From assembly GCA_041580575.1 (NCBI GenBank), contig JBFGDP010000001.1, positions 1,468 to 65,467 of the forward strand: a stretch of DNA of 64,000 nucleotides, written 5' to 3'. Positions 49,756-59,461 of the stretch are shown in pieces (within the stretch, counting starts at the first letter, position 1; each line of letters opens with the position of its first letter). Made by a program: the position numbers and the translations under genes. Below the pieces are notes generated by a model, which saw nothing but the letters and a program-made list of their open reading frames with translations, searched no databases and was not told the origin of the DNA. This DNA is from Christiangramia sp. GTDB lineage: Bacteria > Bacteroidota > Bacteroidia > Flavobacteriales > Flavobacteriaceae.

Positions 49756-49763
49756 TATCTTTG
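49756..49763 (+). promoter_or_regulatory. Bacteroidota -7 promoter element (TATCTTTG) for ychF
   Basis: TAnnTTTG about 35 nt upstream of the ATG. Confidence 0.6.
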
Positions 49764-49797
49764 CAGCCGCAAAAACAAAGCATCTAAATTTTAATAT

Positions 49798-50892
49798 ATG
49801 AAAGCTGGAATTGTAGGACTTCCTAACGTAGGTAAATCAACTCTTTTTAACTGTTTGAGTAATGCAAAAGCTCAAAGTGCAAATTTTCCTTTTTGTACTA
49901 TAGAGCCAAACGTTGGAGTGGTGAACGTTCCCGATCCCAGGTTATTAAAGCTGGAAGAATTAGTAAACCCTGAAAAAGTGGTCCCTGCTACGGTGGAGAT
50001 CGTGGATATTGCTGGGCTGGTAAAAGGTGCAAGTAAAGGCGAAGGACTGGGAAATCAGTTTTTAGGAAATATTAGGGAGACCGATGCTATTTTACATGTA
50101 TTAAGATGTTTTGAAGATGATAATATAGTCCATGTTGATGGTTCTATAAACCCTATAAGGGATAAGGAAACCATTGATATGGAACTTCAGCTTAAGGATC
50201 TTGAAACTACCGAAAAGAAACTTGAAAAGGTAAAAAGAGCCGCGAAAACAGGAAATAAAGAAGCCCAGAAAGAAGAAGCTGCCTTATTAAAAGTGAAGGC
50301 AGGACTCGAGGCAGGAAAATCTGTTCGCGCGATAGATCTTACTGAAGATGAACGTAAAGAATTTATCGCCCCTCTTCAATTCATCACAGATAAGCCGGTA
50401 ATGTATGTGTGTAATGTTGATGAAGAAGCTGCTGTAGGCGGTAATGAGCATGTAGAAAGGGTTAGGGAGGCTGTGAAAGATGAAAATGCTGAAGTATTGG
50501 TGCTGGCGGTTGGTACAGAAGCTGATATTACAGAACTTGAAGATTTTGAAGAAAGACAAATGTTTCTTCAGGATATAGGTCTGGATGAACCAGGATCTGC
50601 AAAGCTTATCCGTGGTGCTTACCAGCTTTTAGATCTTCAAACCTATTTTACCGCAGGTGTAAAAGAAGTGAGAGCCTGGACCATTCCCGTGGGAGCATCA
50701 GCGCCTCAGGCGGCAGGGGTTATACATACAGATTTTGAAAAAGGTTTTATAAGGGCTGAGGTTATTGCTTATAATGATTACGTTAGTTTTGGGAGTGAAG
50801 CCAAAGTAAAGGAAGCCGGTAAAATGCGTGTTGAAGGAAAAGATTATATCGTTAAGGACGGTGACGTGATGCACTTCCGTTTTAACGTTTAA
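49798..50892 (+). CDS. ychF: Redox-regulated ATPase YchF
   Basis: [68 protein letters not shown]. Confidence 0.98.
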   Translation: MKAGIVGLPNVGKSTLFNCLSNAKAQSANFPFCTIEPNVGVVNVPDPRLLKLEELVNPEKVVPATVEIVDIAGLVKGASKGEGLGNQFLGNIRETDAILHVLRCFEDDNIVHVDGSINPIRDKETIDMELQLKDLETTEKKLEKVKRAAKTGNKEAQKEEAALLKVKAGLEAGKSVRAIDLTEDERKEFIAPLQFITDKPVMYVCNVDEEAAVGGNEHVERVREAVKDENAEVLVLAVGTEADITELEDFEERQMFLQDIGLDEPGSAKLIRGAYQLLDLQTYFTAGVKEVRAWTIPVGASAPQAAGVIHTDFEKGFIRAEVIAYNDYVSFGSEAKVKEAGKMRVEGKDYIVKDGDVMHFRFNV

Positions 50893-51101
50893 ATTTAGCT
50901 GTTATAAGGGCGATTTCAGGGTTAAAGGATTATTCTAAAATTGCTGTTTTCTATAAAATCTGGATTTTAATTTCAGGGCATTTTGAACAGGGTTTTCTTA
51001 ATTAACATTTCTTCTAAAATCTTTGTTAATTACTTTAAGCTTTATCTATTTTAGTTTTTTAGCTATTGCCTTATATTTAGGCCATAACTCCATGACTACT
51101 T

Positions 51102-52964
51102 ATGAGCGAGAATACTAAATATACCGAAGATAATATTCGGTCGTTAGACTGGAAAGAGCATATTCGAATGCGTCCCGGTATGTATATTGGGAAGCTGGGA
51201 GATGGTTCCAGTCAGGATGATGGGATATATATACTTTTAAAAGAAGTTATAGATAACAGTATTGATGAGTTCGTGATGGGCGCCGGGAAGACGATAGAGA
51301 TTTCCGTGCAAAATCAACGGGTCATCGTTCGTGATTTTGGAAGGGGGATCCCGCTAGGAAAAGTAGTGGATGTCGTTTCTAAAATGAACACCGGTGGTAA
51401 ATATGATACCAGGGCCTTCAAAAAGTCTGTTGGTCTGAATGGTGTAGGTACTAAAGCGGTTAATGCACTTTCTTCATATTTTCGCGTAGAATCTTCCAGA
51501 GATTCCAAAAGTCACGCAGCCGAATTTGAAAAGGGAGAATTAAAGGATGAGGAGCATCTTGAAGAAACTTCACGCAGAAGAGGAACCAAGATCACTTTTA
51601 TTCCAGATGAGGCAATTTTCAAGAACTATAAGTTCAGAAATGAATATATCGAGAAAATGCTTAAAAACTATGTGTATCTCAATCCGGGATTGACCATAGT
51701 TTTTAACGGTGAAAAATTCTATTCAGAAAACGGACTAAAAGATCTTCTTGGAGATAGTATTCATGAGGATGATATGCTATATCCTATCGTGCACCTAAAA
51801 GGCGAGGATATTGAAGTTGCTATTACCCACAGTAAATCCCAATACAGCGAAGAATATCATTCTTTTGTGAATGGTCAAAACACTTCCCAGGGTGGAACAC
51901 ATCTTGCAGCCTTCAGGGAAGCAGTAGTGAAGACCATTAGGGAATTTTACGGAAAGAATTACGAGGCCAGTGATATCAGGAAATCTATCGTAGCTGCCAT
52001 TAGTATTAAAGTAATGGAGCCGGTATTTGAAAGTCAGACTAAAACCAAACTTGGGTCTACAGATATGGGGGGTAAACTTCCCACAGTTAGAACCTATATC
52101 AATGATTTTGTAAAAAGACACCTGGATAACTATCTGCATAAGAATCCTGAAACAGCTGAAAATTTGCAGCGCAAGATCCTGCAGGCAGAAAGGGAAAGAA
52201 AAGATCTTTCAGGAATAAGGAAACTGGCTAAAGACAGGGCAAAAAAAGCCAGTCTTCACAATAAAAAACTCAGGGATTGCCGTGTTCATCTTGGGGATAG
52301 TAAGCACGAACGTTGTTTAGAGACCACTCTTTTTATTACAGAGGGAGATTCTGCAAGTGGATCTATTACCAAGAGCCGGGATGTGGTTACCCAGGCGGTT
52401 TTCAGTTTAAAGGGAAAACCATTGAATAGTTATGGTCTTTCCAAGAAGATCGTATATGAGAACGAAGAGTTTAATCTTTTACAGGCGGCCCTGAATATTG
52501 AGGAATCCTTAGAAGATCTTAGGTATCACAATATCGTTATCGCTACTGATGCCGATGTGGATGGAATGCATATTCGGTTATTACTAATCACATTTTTCCT
52601 GCAATTCTTCCCTGAATTGATCAAGGAAAATCATCTCTATATATTACAGACTCCCTTATTCAGGGTGCGTAATAAAAAAGAAACGATCTATTGTTACAGC
52701 GAAATGGAACGCAGGCAGGCGATCGAGAAACTTTCAGGAAAGCCGGAAATCACCCGATTTAAAGGTTTGGGAGAAATCTCGCCAGATGAATTTGTACATT
52801 TTATTGGTGATAATATTCGTTTAGATCCGGTGATGCTGGATAAGGATAAGTCTATCGAGGAGATGTTAAGTTTTTATATGGGCAAGAACACTCCAGATCG
52901 CCAGGAATTTATAATCGATAACCTGAAAGTAGAACTAGACCTTGTTGAAGAGCTCGGGATATGA
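51102..52964 (+). CDS. parE: DNA topoisomerase IV subunit B
   Basis: [50 protein letters not shown]. Confidence 0.92.
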   Translation: MSENTKYTEDNIRSLDWKEHIRMRPGMYIGKLGDGSSQDDGIYILLKEVIDNSIDEFVMGAGKTIEISVQNQRVIVRDFGRGIPLGKVVDVVSKMNTGGKYDTRAFKKSVGLNGVGTKAVNALSSYFRVESSRDSKSHAAEFEKGELKDEEHLEETSRRRGTKITFIPDEAIFKNYKFRNEYIEKMLKNYVYLNPGLTIVFNGEKFYSENGLKDLLGDSIHEDDMLYPIVHLKGEDIEVAITHSKSQYSEEYHSFVNGQNTSQGGTHLAAFREAVVKTIREFYGKNYEASDIRKSIVAAISIKVMEPVFESQTKTKLGSTDMGGKLPTVRTYINDFVKRHLDNYLHKNPETAENLQRKILQAERERKDLSGIRKLAKDRAKKASLHNKKLRDCRVHLGDSKHERCLETTLFITEGDSASGSITKSRDVVTQAVFSLKGKPLNSYGLSKKIVYENEEFNLLQAALNIEESLEDLRYHNIVIATDADVDGMHIRLLLITFFLQFFPELIKENHLYILQTPLFRVRNKKETIYCYSEMERRQAIEKLSGKPEITRFKGLGEISPDEFVHFIGDNIRLDPVMLDKDKSIEEMLSFYMGKNTPDRQEFIIDNLKVELDLVEELGI

Positions 52965-53452
52965 GATTTACCAATAAAAATGAGGTCAAAATAATACCAT
53001 CTATATATATCGTTCTGGTAGCGGTATTTGTTACCAATATTTTTGTGAATATCGAGATCATAGCCTCCAGCACTGAGCAGGAAATAGGGTTTGGTCATTT
53101 TGTTCCAAATATTGTGACCTTGTTACTGGGCTTATATGTACACCGAATTGGCCAGGGATTTGATTTTGATAGCGATGGAGAGACTTTGAACTTCAAGAAC
53201 AATGGGGTCTTTTTTTCCAAGTTCATGGAGTATAGAGTGAAGAAGGCTGAATTTCCGAAACGAAAACTTGGGAAATTCAAGTTCATAGATATAGGAATTT
53301 ACTCTGCATTGACTATTTATATTAGTTCCAAGCGAAAACGAGGCTATAGAAAATATACCTTTAACACGACATTTTTAACCCGTAAAAAGAAAAAGGGAAT
53401 GGTGGATTCCTTGAAAAAGGTAATGGAAACCACTCCTAAAGCTACTGCCTAA
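52961..53452 (+). CDS. Hypothetical 2-TM membrane protein with basic C-terminal domain
   Basis: 163-aa ORF overlapping the parE stop (ATGA) and the parC start (TAATG). Confidence 0.7.
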   Translation: MRFTNKNEVKIIPSIYIVLVAVFVTNIFVNIEIIASSTEQEIGFGHFVPNIVTLLLGLYVHRIGQGFDFDSDGETLNFKNNGVFFSKFMEYRVKKAEFPKRKLGKFKFIDIGIYSALTIYISSKRKRGYRKYTFNTTFLTRKKKKGMVDSLKKVMETTPKATA

Positions 53453-56100
53453 TGGAAGAAAACCAAGAAGGAGCTCAGGAAGAGCAGTTTGAAAGTAAAG
53501 AAGAACTTATAAAGGTTACCGGCATGTACAAAGACTGGTTCCTGGATTATGCTTCATACGTGATCCTGGAACGGGCAGTACCTGCGATAGAAGACGGTTT
53601 TAAACCGGTACAACGCCGAATCATGCATTCTATGAAGGATCTTGACGATGGGCGTTATAACAAGGTGGCGAATATCGTAGGGCATACCATGCAATATCAT
53701 CCTCACGGAGATGCCAGTATTGGTGACGCCATGGTTCAAATTGGTCAAAAAGATATCCTCATAGATACGCAGGGAAACTGGGGGAATATACTAACCGGTG
53801 ACCGTGCAGCTGCACCTAGATACATAGAAGCGAGACTTTCAAAGTTCGCTCTTGAAGTTCTATTTAGTCCCAAACTAACAGAATGGCAGCTTTCATATGA
53901 CGGTAGAAAGAAAGAGCCGGTAAACCTGCCGGTAAAATTCCCTATGCTTCTGGCCCAGGGAGCCGAAGGGATCGCGGTAGGATTGAGTACCAGGTTTCTT
54001 CCGCATAATTTCAATGAACTTATAGATGCTTCAATTCAGCATTTAAGAGGTAAAAGTTTTAAGATCTTCCCTGATTTTCCTACCGGGGGGATCGCCGATG
54101 TTTCTAATTATAATGACGGGAAACGGGGAGGACGTGTAAGAATTAGGGCTAAGATCAATCAACTGGATAAAAATACTTTGGTTATCAATGAGATCCCATA
54201 TGGTACCAATACTTCAACGCTTATAGATTCTATTCTTAAGGCCAATGAAAAAGGAAAGATCAAGATCAAAAAGATCGAAGATAATACTGCGGCTGAAGTT
54301 GAGATCCTTATCCATTTACCAAATAATATATCTCCAGATAAAACCATTGATGCGCTGTATGCATTTACGCAATGTGAGAATTCACTGGCCCCGCTGGGTT
54401 GTGTGATCATCGATCATAAACCTATTTTCCTGGGAGTTTCAGATGTATTGCGAAAGTCTACAGACCATACCTTACATCTCTTACAACGTGAATTGGAGAT
54501 CAAGCTGGAGGAATTGGAAGAACAATGGCACTTTGCTTCTCTGGAAAGAATATTCATAGAAAACCGAATTTATCGTGAGATCGAGGAAGAAGAGACCTGG
54601 GAAGGAGTTATTCAGGCGATAGATCGAGGCTTAAAACCATTTACCAAGCATCTAAAAAGAGCGGTAACCGAAGAAGATATTGTTAGGCTTACCGAGATAA
54701 GAATTAAAAGAATTTCGAAATTCGATATAGATAAAGCCCAGCAAAAGATCGATGCCTTAGAAGGAGAAATTGCCCAGGTGAAGCATCATTTAGATCATAT
54801 AATTGATTTTGCGGTAGACTATTTTAAAAAACTTAAAAAGGATTACGGAACCGGTAAAGAGCGTAAAACTGAATTAAGACTTTTTGAAGATATCGAAGCT
54901 ACCAAGGTAGTAATAAGAAATACCAAGCTATATGTAAACCGGGCAGAAGGCTTTGTAGGTACCGCCTTGAAAAAAGATGAATACGTTACAGATTGTTCAG
55001 ATATCGATGATGTAATTTGTTTTACCGCAGATGGAAAAATGATGGTCACCAAGGTGGATTCAAAAACATTTATCGGTAAGGATATTATTCATGTGGCCAT
55101 CTTTAAGAAAAAGGATAAGCGTACCATTTATAATATGGTCTATAGAGACGGTAAGGCTGGCAACACTTATATAAAGAGATTTGCCGTTACTTCAGTAACC
55201 AGGGATAGAGAATATGACCTTACCCAGGGTAAAAAAGATTCTAAAGTGCTTTATTTCTCTGCAAATCCAAATGGAGAGGCTGAAGTAATTACGGTGCATT
55301 TACGCCAGGTAGGCAGTATACGAAAAGTGAAATTTGATCTTGATTTTGCCGATGTTCTGATTAAGGGTAGGAATGTAAAAGGAAATATCGCTACAAAATA
55401 TTCTGTAAAAAGAATTGAGCTTAAGGAAGAAGGTGTTTCAACTCTCAAACCTCGCAGGATCTGGTTCGATGATACTGTAAAAAGGTTGAATGTAGATGAA
55501 AGAGGAGAACTGTTAGGTGAATTTAGGGGAGAAGACAGGTTACTGGTTATAACTCAGGATGGCGTTGTTAAAACGATAATACCCGAATTAACTACGAGAT
55601 TTGATGATGAAATAATAGTACTGGAAAAATGGTCTAAAAACAAACCTATTTCTGCCATTTACTGGGAACCTGAAAAGGAACGCTATTACGTAAAACGTTT
55701 CCTTATAGAGCAGCCAGATAAAGAGGAAAAATTCATTTCTGAACATCAGGATTCCTTCCTGGAACTGGTTTCTACAGATTATTATCCCATGGCTGAAATT
55801 GTTTATACAAAGCCAAAAGGTAAGGAGCGCAAGGAAAATGAGGAAATAAATCTGGCCGAGTTCATTGCTGTAAAAGGAATAAAAGCCCTTGGAAACCAGT
55901 TAACCTCTGAAAAGGTAAACCAGATCAATTTACTTGACCCCATGCCTTATGAGGCGCCGGAAGAAGAGAATGAGCAAATAGAGGAAGATAATTCTGAAGA
56001 AAATGCAGAAAACCCTTCAGAAAAAATAAACTCAGAAACGACTAAAACACCTGAGAAAAATAACAACTCTGATGGTCAGCCATCTTTATTCGATGAATAA
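53452..56100 (+). CDS. parC: DNA topoisomerase IV subunit A
   Basis: DGFKPVQRR, YHPHGD, AAAPRYIEARL (catalytic Tyr), GIAVG, PDFPTGG. Confidence 0.92.
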   Translation: MEENQEGAQEEQFESKEELIKVTGMYKDWFLDYASYVILERAVPAIEDGFKPVQRRIMHSMKDLDDGRYNKVANIVGHTMQYHPHGDASIGDAMVQIGQKDILIDTQGNWGNILTGDRAAAPRYIEARLSKFALEVLFSPKLTEWQLSYDGRKKEPVNLPVKFPMLLAQGAEGIAVGLSTRFLPHNFNELIDASIQHLRGKSFKIFPDFPTGGIADVSNYNDGKRGGRVRIRAKINQLDKNTLVINEIPYGTNTSTLIDSILKANEKGKIKIKKIEDNTAAEVEILIHLPNNISPDKTIDALYAFTQCENSLAPLGCVIIDHKPIFLGVSDVLRKSTDHTLHLLQRELEIKLEELEEQWHFASLERIFIENRIYREIEEEETWEGVIQAIDRGLKPFTKHLKRAVTEEDIVRLTEIRIKRISKFDIDKAQQKIDALEGEIAQVKHHLDHIIDFAVDYFKKLKKDYGTGKERKTELRLFEDIEATKVVIRNTKLYVNRAEGFVGTALKKDEYVTDCSDIDDVICFTADGKMMVTKVDSKTFIGKDIIHVAIFKKKDKRTIYNMVYRDGKAGNTYIKRFAVTSVTRDREYDLTQGKKDSKVLYFSANPNGEAEVITVHLRQVGSIRKVKFDLDFADVLIKGRNVKGNIATKYSVKRIELKEEGVSTLKPRRIWFDDTVKRLNVDERGELLGEFRGEDRLLVITQDGVVKTIIPELTTRFDDEIIVLEKWSKNKPISAIYWEPEKERYYVKRFLIEQPDKEEKFISEHQDSFLELVSTDYYPMAEIVYTKPKGKERKENEEINLAEFIAVKGIKALGNQLTSEKVNQINLLDPMPYEAPEEENEQIEEDNSEENAENPSEKINSETTKTPEKNNNSDGQPSLFDE

Positions 56101-56540
56101 TGGGAATATTTAAAGAGTTTAAAGAATTTGCCGTTAAAGGTAATATGATAGACATGGCCGTAGGTATCATTATTGGTACGGCCTTTAATAAAGTAGTGGA
56201 TGTACTGGTAAAGCAGGTGATCATGCCACCGCTTTCTTTACTTACCGACGGAATAAATTATGCCGACCGTAAGATCATACTTCGTGAGGGTACAGGTGAA
56301 AAAGGAGCAGCAGATTTTGTGGAGGAGGTATCTATTGGCTACGGAATACTTATCGAAACCTTGATAGATTTTCTCGTAATTGGTTTCGTGATCTTTCTTG
56401 TCGTCAAATTTATGAATCGCTTCAGGAACAAGGCTCAGGATCCTAAGAATAAGGAAGTGGTTACCCCCAAGGATATAGAATTGCTTTCTAATTTGAATGA
56501 TCTAATGGAGGAGCAAAACAAACTTCTTAAAGAGCGGTAG
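56100..56540 (+). CDS. mscL: Large-conductance mechanosensitive channel
   Basis: FKEFKEFAVKGNMIDMAVGIIIGTAF, YG..I...IDFL, ELL. Confidence 0.95.
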   Translation: MGIFKEFKEFAVKGNMIDMAVGIIIGTAFNKVVDVLVKQVIMPPLSLLTDGINYADRKIILREGTGEKGAADFVEEVSIGYGILIETLIDFLVIGFVIFLVVKFMNRFRNKAQDPKNKEVVTPKDIELLSNLNDLMEEQNKLLKER

Positions 56541-56542
56541 GA

Positions 56543-56917
56543 TTAATTAGAGACTTTTCTAACCTTTCCCTTGGCCTTTTTTGGATCTCCAACCTGGCCA
56601 TATTCAAACGTATAACCTTCCCGGGTCGTAGTGAGTATCTTAATATGTATCGGTTTTTCTTCGGCCATCCCGTCTGGATTTATATTCTTTAAAATATACT
56701 CACAATCATTGATCCACCGCACAGTAGAGGTGTCTGTATTACCACGAAATTCCTCGATCTCTATACTATCATTCCTAATAAAACGAGAAGTTAAAAGCTC
56801 ACCATTAATAAAACTTTCAAATTCGTAGGTACCAGTTCTAAATTCTTTGCATTCCCTTTGAGCATTAAAACAGGAACTTAGAGCTATCATGCAGATAATT
56901 GCAGCGATTTTCTTCAT
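56543..56917 (-). CDS. Conserved hypothetical lipoprotein
   Basis: Lipobox LSSC; C..FRTG.Y, RWINDCEY.L. Confidence 0.75.
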   Translation of the reverse strand: MKKIAAIICMIALSSCFNAQRECKEFRTGTYEFESFINGELLTSRFIRNDSIEIEEFRGNTDTSTVRWINDCEYILKNINPDGMAEEKPIHIKILTTTREGYTFEYGQVGDPKKAKGKVRKVSN

Positions 56918-56948
56918 AGCGCAAAATAATTCAATTTATGCGGAAAAA

Positions 56949-57368
56949 TCAATTTTCAAAGGCTTCAAAACTGCCGTCCCTGTAAAAAATAACGATCTTC
57001 TGAATTTCCTTCCCAGGTCTTGCTGATGACATCCCCGGGCTATTATCCGGAACCGGAACCTTCACTTGTTTTTCAGAGTAAGATGGAGGAGGCGCTATAG
57101 TTTCAGATTGAATATTATTAGATGGAGCTAGGTCATCTGCAATAGCAGGAAATTTTCCCTTACCATTAAGCAACCAATATAGTTCAACCTCTGGAAAATT
57201 TTTAACCACCTTCATGACAAAATCCAGACTCGGTTTATTTCTACCGGAAAGAATATGGGAGATGGAGGAGCGTCCCACTTCAATTTTATCAGCAAACGAA
57301 GCCGCTGAAAGATCATAAAATTCAAGGATCTTATTGAGCCTTGAAGCAAACTTCTCTGTGTTTACCAT
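56949..57368 (-). CDS. XRE-family helix-turn-helix transcriptional regulator
   Basis: SAASFADKIEVGRSSISHILSGRNKPSLDF, LYWLLNGKG, C-terminal KIVIFY.DGSF. Confidence 0.9.
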   Translation of the reverse strand: MVNTEKFASRLNKILEFYDLSAASFADKIEVGRSSISHILSGRNKPSLDFVMKVVKNFPEVELYWLLNGKGKFPAIADDLAPSNNIQSETIAPPPSYSEKQVKVPVPDNSPGMSSARPGKEIQKIVIFYRDGSFEAFEN

Positions 57369-57647
57369 TGTAATTTAATTAGAATGTGAACCGCATTTAC
57401 AAATGTAAATAATATTTACAAATCCACAATATTACAATTGTAAACATTTAGGCAATGCTTAAACTTTAAGTTTATCAAGAAGTGCATAACTAACTAAAAT
57501 TCAATAGAATAATCATTATATAATATTCAGTAGGATTATTTCCAAGGATGTGTAGAATCTGGGATGTCACTGTGTTTACAATTGTTTACAATGAGTACCA
57601 ATTCAGTTGTTTACATTTGTAAAAATTACATTGTTTAGTTTTGTAAA
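57361..57647. promoter_or_regulatory. Array of TTTACA-N2-TGTAAA palindromic operator-like sites in a divergent promoter region
   Basis: Sites at 57361, 57396, 57431, 57575, 57610, 57634 plus half-sites at 57415, 57585, 57625. Confidence 0.75.
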
Positions 57648-57648
57648 C

Positions 57649-58815
57649 ATGAAGAATAATGAATTGGAAAATTTTCTATCTGAACCTCTTTATAGAGCAA
57701 TAAAATTTAGTGAGGTCACGGGAAGGTATTTGAAAAATGAGGAGCTGGATATATGCTTAGATTCTCTTTCAGATAAATTTGAAATAGAGATTTTAGGAAA
57801 ATCGGTTTTAAATAAACCGGTTAAATTAGTGAAATTTGGAGATGGTGATTCAAAGGTTCTCGCCTGGTCGCAGATGCACGGTAATGAAGGAACCACTACC
57901 AAAGCAGTTTTTGACCTTCTTAATATCTTTAATTTAAAGGCTAACGATCCAATTGTTTCAGCGATTGTAGAGCAGTGCACTTTTTATGTGATTCCCATTC
58001 TTAATCCCGATGGTGCAGAAGCCTATACCCGCGTAAATGCAAATAATATAGATCTAAATCGTGATATGCAGAATCTTAGCCAGCCTGAGAGTCGCATTTT
58101 AATGGATTTGTATAAACGGGTTCAACCAGATTATTGTTTGAATCTTCATGATCAGCGAACCATATTTAGTGTGGGTGAATCGTCTATGCCGGCAACCTTA
58201 TCGTTTTTGACCCCGGCTAAAGACGAAGAACGGAGCCTGGATGAATCACGAAAAATTAGTATGTCGCTAATTGCAGGTATGGTAAATGATCTGTCCTCTG
58301 AGCTAGAGAATAGAATTGGGCGGTATGACGATGCTTTTAATATTAATTGTGCCGGAGACACCTTTCAGCATTTGTCAACACCCACCATTCTTTTTGAGGC
58401 AGGACACTACCCCGGGGATTATGAACGAGAGGTGACTCGAAAATTTTTATTTAAAGCCTTATTCTCGTGTATCTATCAAATCGCTATGAAGTCTTTTAGT
58501 CCCAGTGATTATGAGGAATACTTCAGGATTCCGGAAAATAGGAAGCTTTTTAATGATGTGATCATTAGAAATGCTAAGGTAGGTGATGAGCTTCTGGATA
58601 TAAGTTTTCAGTTTAAAGAGGTTCTGAATGAGGGAAAAATTAACTTCATGCCTGAAGTTCAAAAATTAGAGCAAAAGATCACAAATTTCGGGCATAAGGA
58701 ATTTGATGCCAACGGGCAGGAGGTTCAGTTACCTGGAAATGCTTCACTTGACGAAAACGTTATAGTTAATAAAATTATCATAAATAGTACAGAATTAGAG
58801 GTTAAAACCCTTTAA
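57649..58815 (+). CDS. M14 family zinc carboxypeptidase
   Basis: WSQMHGNE, LNPDG, R.NAN.IDLNRD, NLHDQ, LFEAG; ATG at 57649. Confidence 0.9.
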   Translation: MKNNELENFLSEPLYRAIKFSEVTGRYLKNEELDICLDSLSDKFEIEILGKSVLNKPVKLVKFGDGDSKVLAWSQMHGNEGTTTKAVFDLLNIFNLKANDPIVSAIVEQCTFYVIPILNPDGAEAYTRVNANNIDLNRDMQNLSQPESRILMDLYKRVQPDYCLNLHDQRTIFSVGESSMPATLSFLTPAKDEERSLDESRKISMSLIAGMVNDLSSELENRIGRYDDAFNINCAGDTFQHLSTPTILFEAGHYPGDYEREVTRKFLFKALFSCIYQIAMKSFSPSDYEEYFRIPENRKLFNDVIIRNAKVGDELLDISFQFKEVLNEGKINFMPEVQKLEQKITNFGHKEFDANGQEVQLPGNASLDENVIVNKIIINSTELEVKTL

Positions 58816-58835
58816 TTGTCAAAAAAATTGACAAT
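58815..58835. promoter_or_regulatory. Perfect palindrome ATTGTCAA-N5-TTGACAAT upstream of Lrp/AsnC gene
   Basis: 8-bp perfect arms, A5 spacer, about 50 nt upstream of ATG 58888. Confidence 0.45.
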
Positions 58836-58887
58836 AATTCAACGTTTTTGTATTAATTTTGAACTTCATTAAAAAAAGAAGTTGAAA

Positions 58888-59367
58888 ATGGCCAAGTTTA
58901 AATTAGACGAAACAGATCATCAGATCCTCGATATGTTAATCGAGAATACGAGAACCCCATTTACTGATATTGCTAAGAAATTGTTGATCTCTGCCGGTAC
59001 TGTCCATGTGCGAGTTAAAAAAATGGAAGAAGCTGGGATCATTATTGGTTCTTCGCTTACATTGGACTATAAGAAACTGGGGTATGCTTTCATCGCTTAC
59101 GTTGGTGTTTTCCTTAAAAATACATCACAAACCAAGTTTGTACTTGAAAGAATAAATGAAATTCCATTTGTAACAGTGGCGCATGTTACTACAGGGAAAT
59201 TCAATGTTTTCTGCAAGATTCGCGCAAAGAATACTCAGCACGCCAAGGAAATTATCTTCCAGTTGGATGACATAGAGGGAGTATACAGAACTGAGACTAT
59301 GATCTCTTTAGAAGAAAGTATCAATGATAAGAAGAGATTAATGCATTCTATCTTTAAAGATATGTAG
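58888..59367 (+). CDS. Lrp/AsnC family transcriptional regulator
   Basis: LDETDHQIL..L.EN.R.PF.DIAK.L.IS.GTVH.RVKKMEE.GII, TGKFN. Confidence 0.93.
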   Translation: MAKFKLDETDHQILDMLIENTRTPFTDIAKKLLISAGTVHVRVKKMEEAGIIIGSSLTLDYKKLGYAFIAYVGVFLKNTSQTKFVLERINEIPFVTVAHVTTGKFNVFCKIRAKNTQHAKEIIFQLDDIEGVYRTETMISLEESINDKKRLMHSIFKDM

Positions 59368-59386
59368 ACAGTCCTAAACTTATATT

Positions 59387-59426
59387 AAAGACCCTTTAGA
59401 CTGTTAAGTTTGAAGGGTTTTTTTTT
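59387..59426 (+). terminator. Intrinsic terminator after Lrp/AsnC
   Basis: AAAGACCCTTTAGAC-loop-GTTTGAAGGGTTTTTTTTT. Confidence 0.85.
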
Positions 59427-59461
59427 AAATTTAATCGAATTGACCATCCAAAATATTTATT

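Noticed and set aside
55950-56090. Glu/Asn-rich repeat-like tail of ParC
   Set aside because: Ordinary disordered acidic C-terminal tail with no exact DNA repeat
56543-56917. Treating this ORF as a topoisomerase subunit because of its position
   Set aside because: 124-aa lipoprotein with a lipobox and no topoisomerase motif
57369-57648. Intergenic repeat array as oriC or a CRISPR array
   Set aside because: Only one partial DnaA box (ATCCACA); the repeats are 14-bp palindromes, too short and irregular for CRISPR, and there are no cas genes
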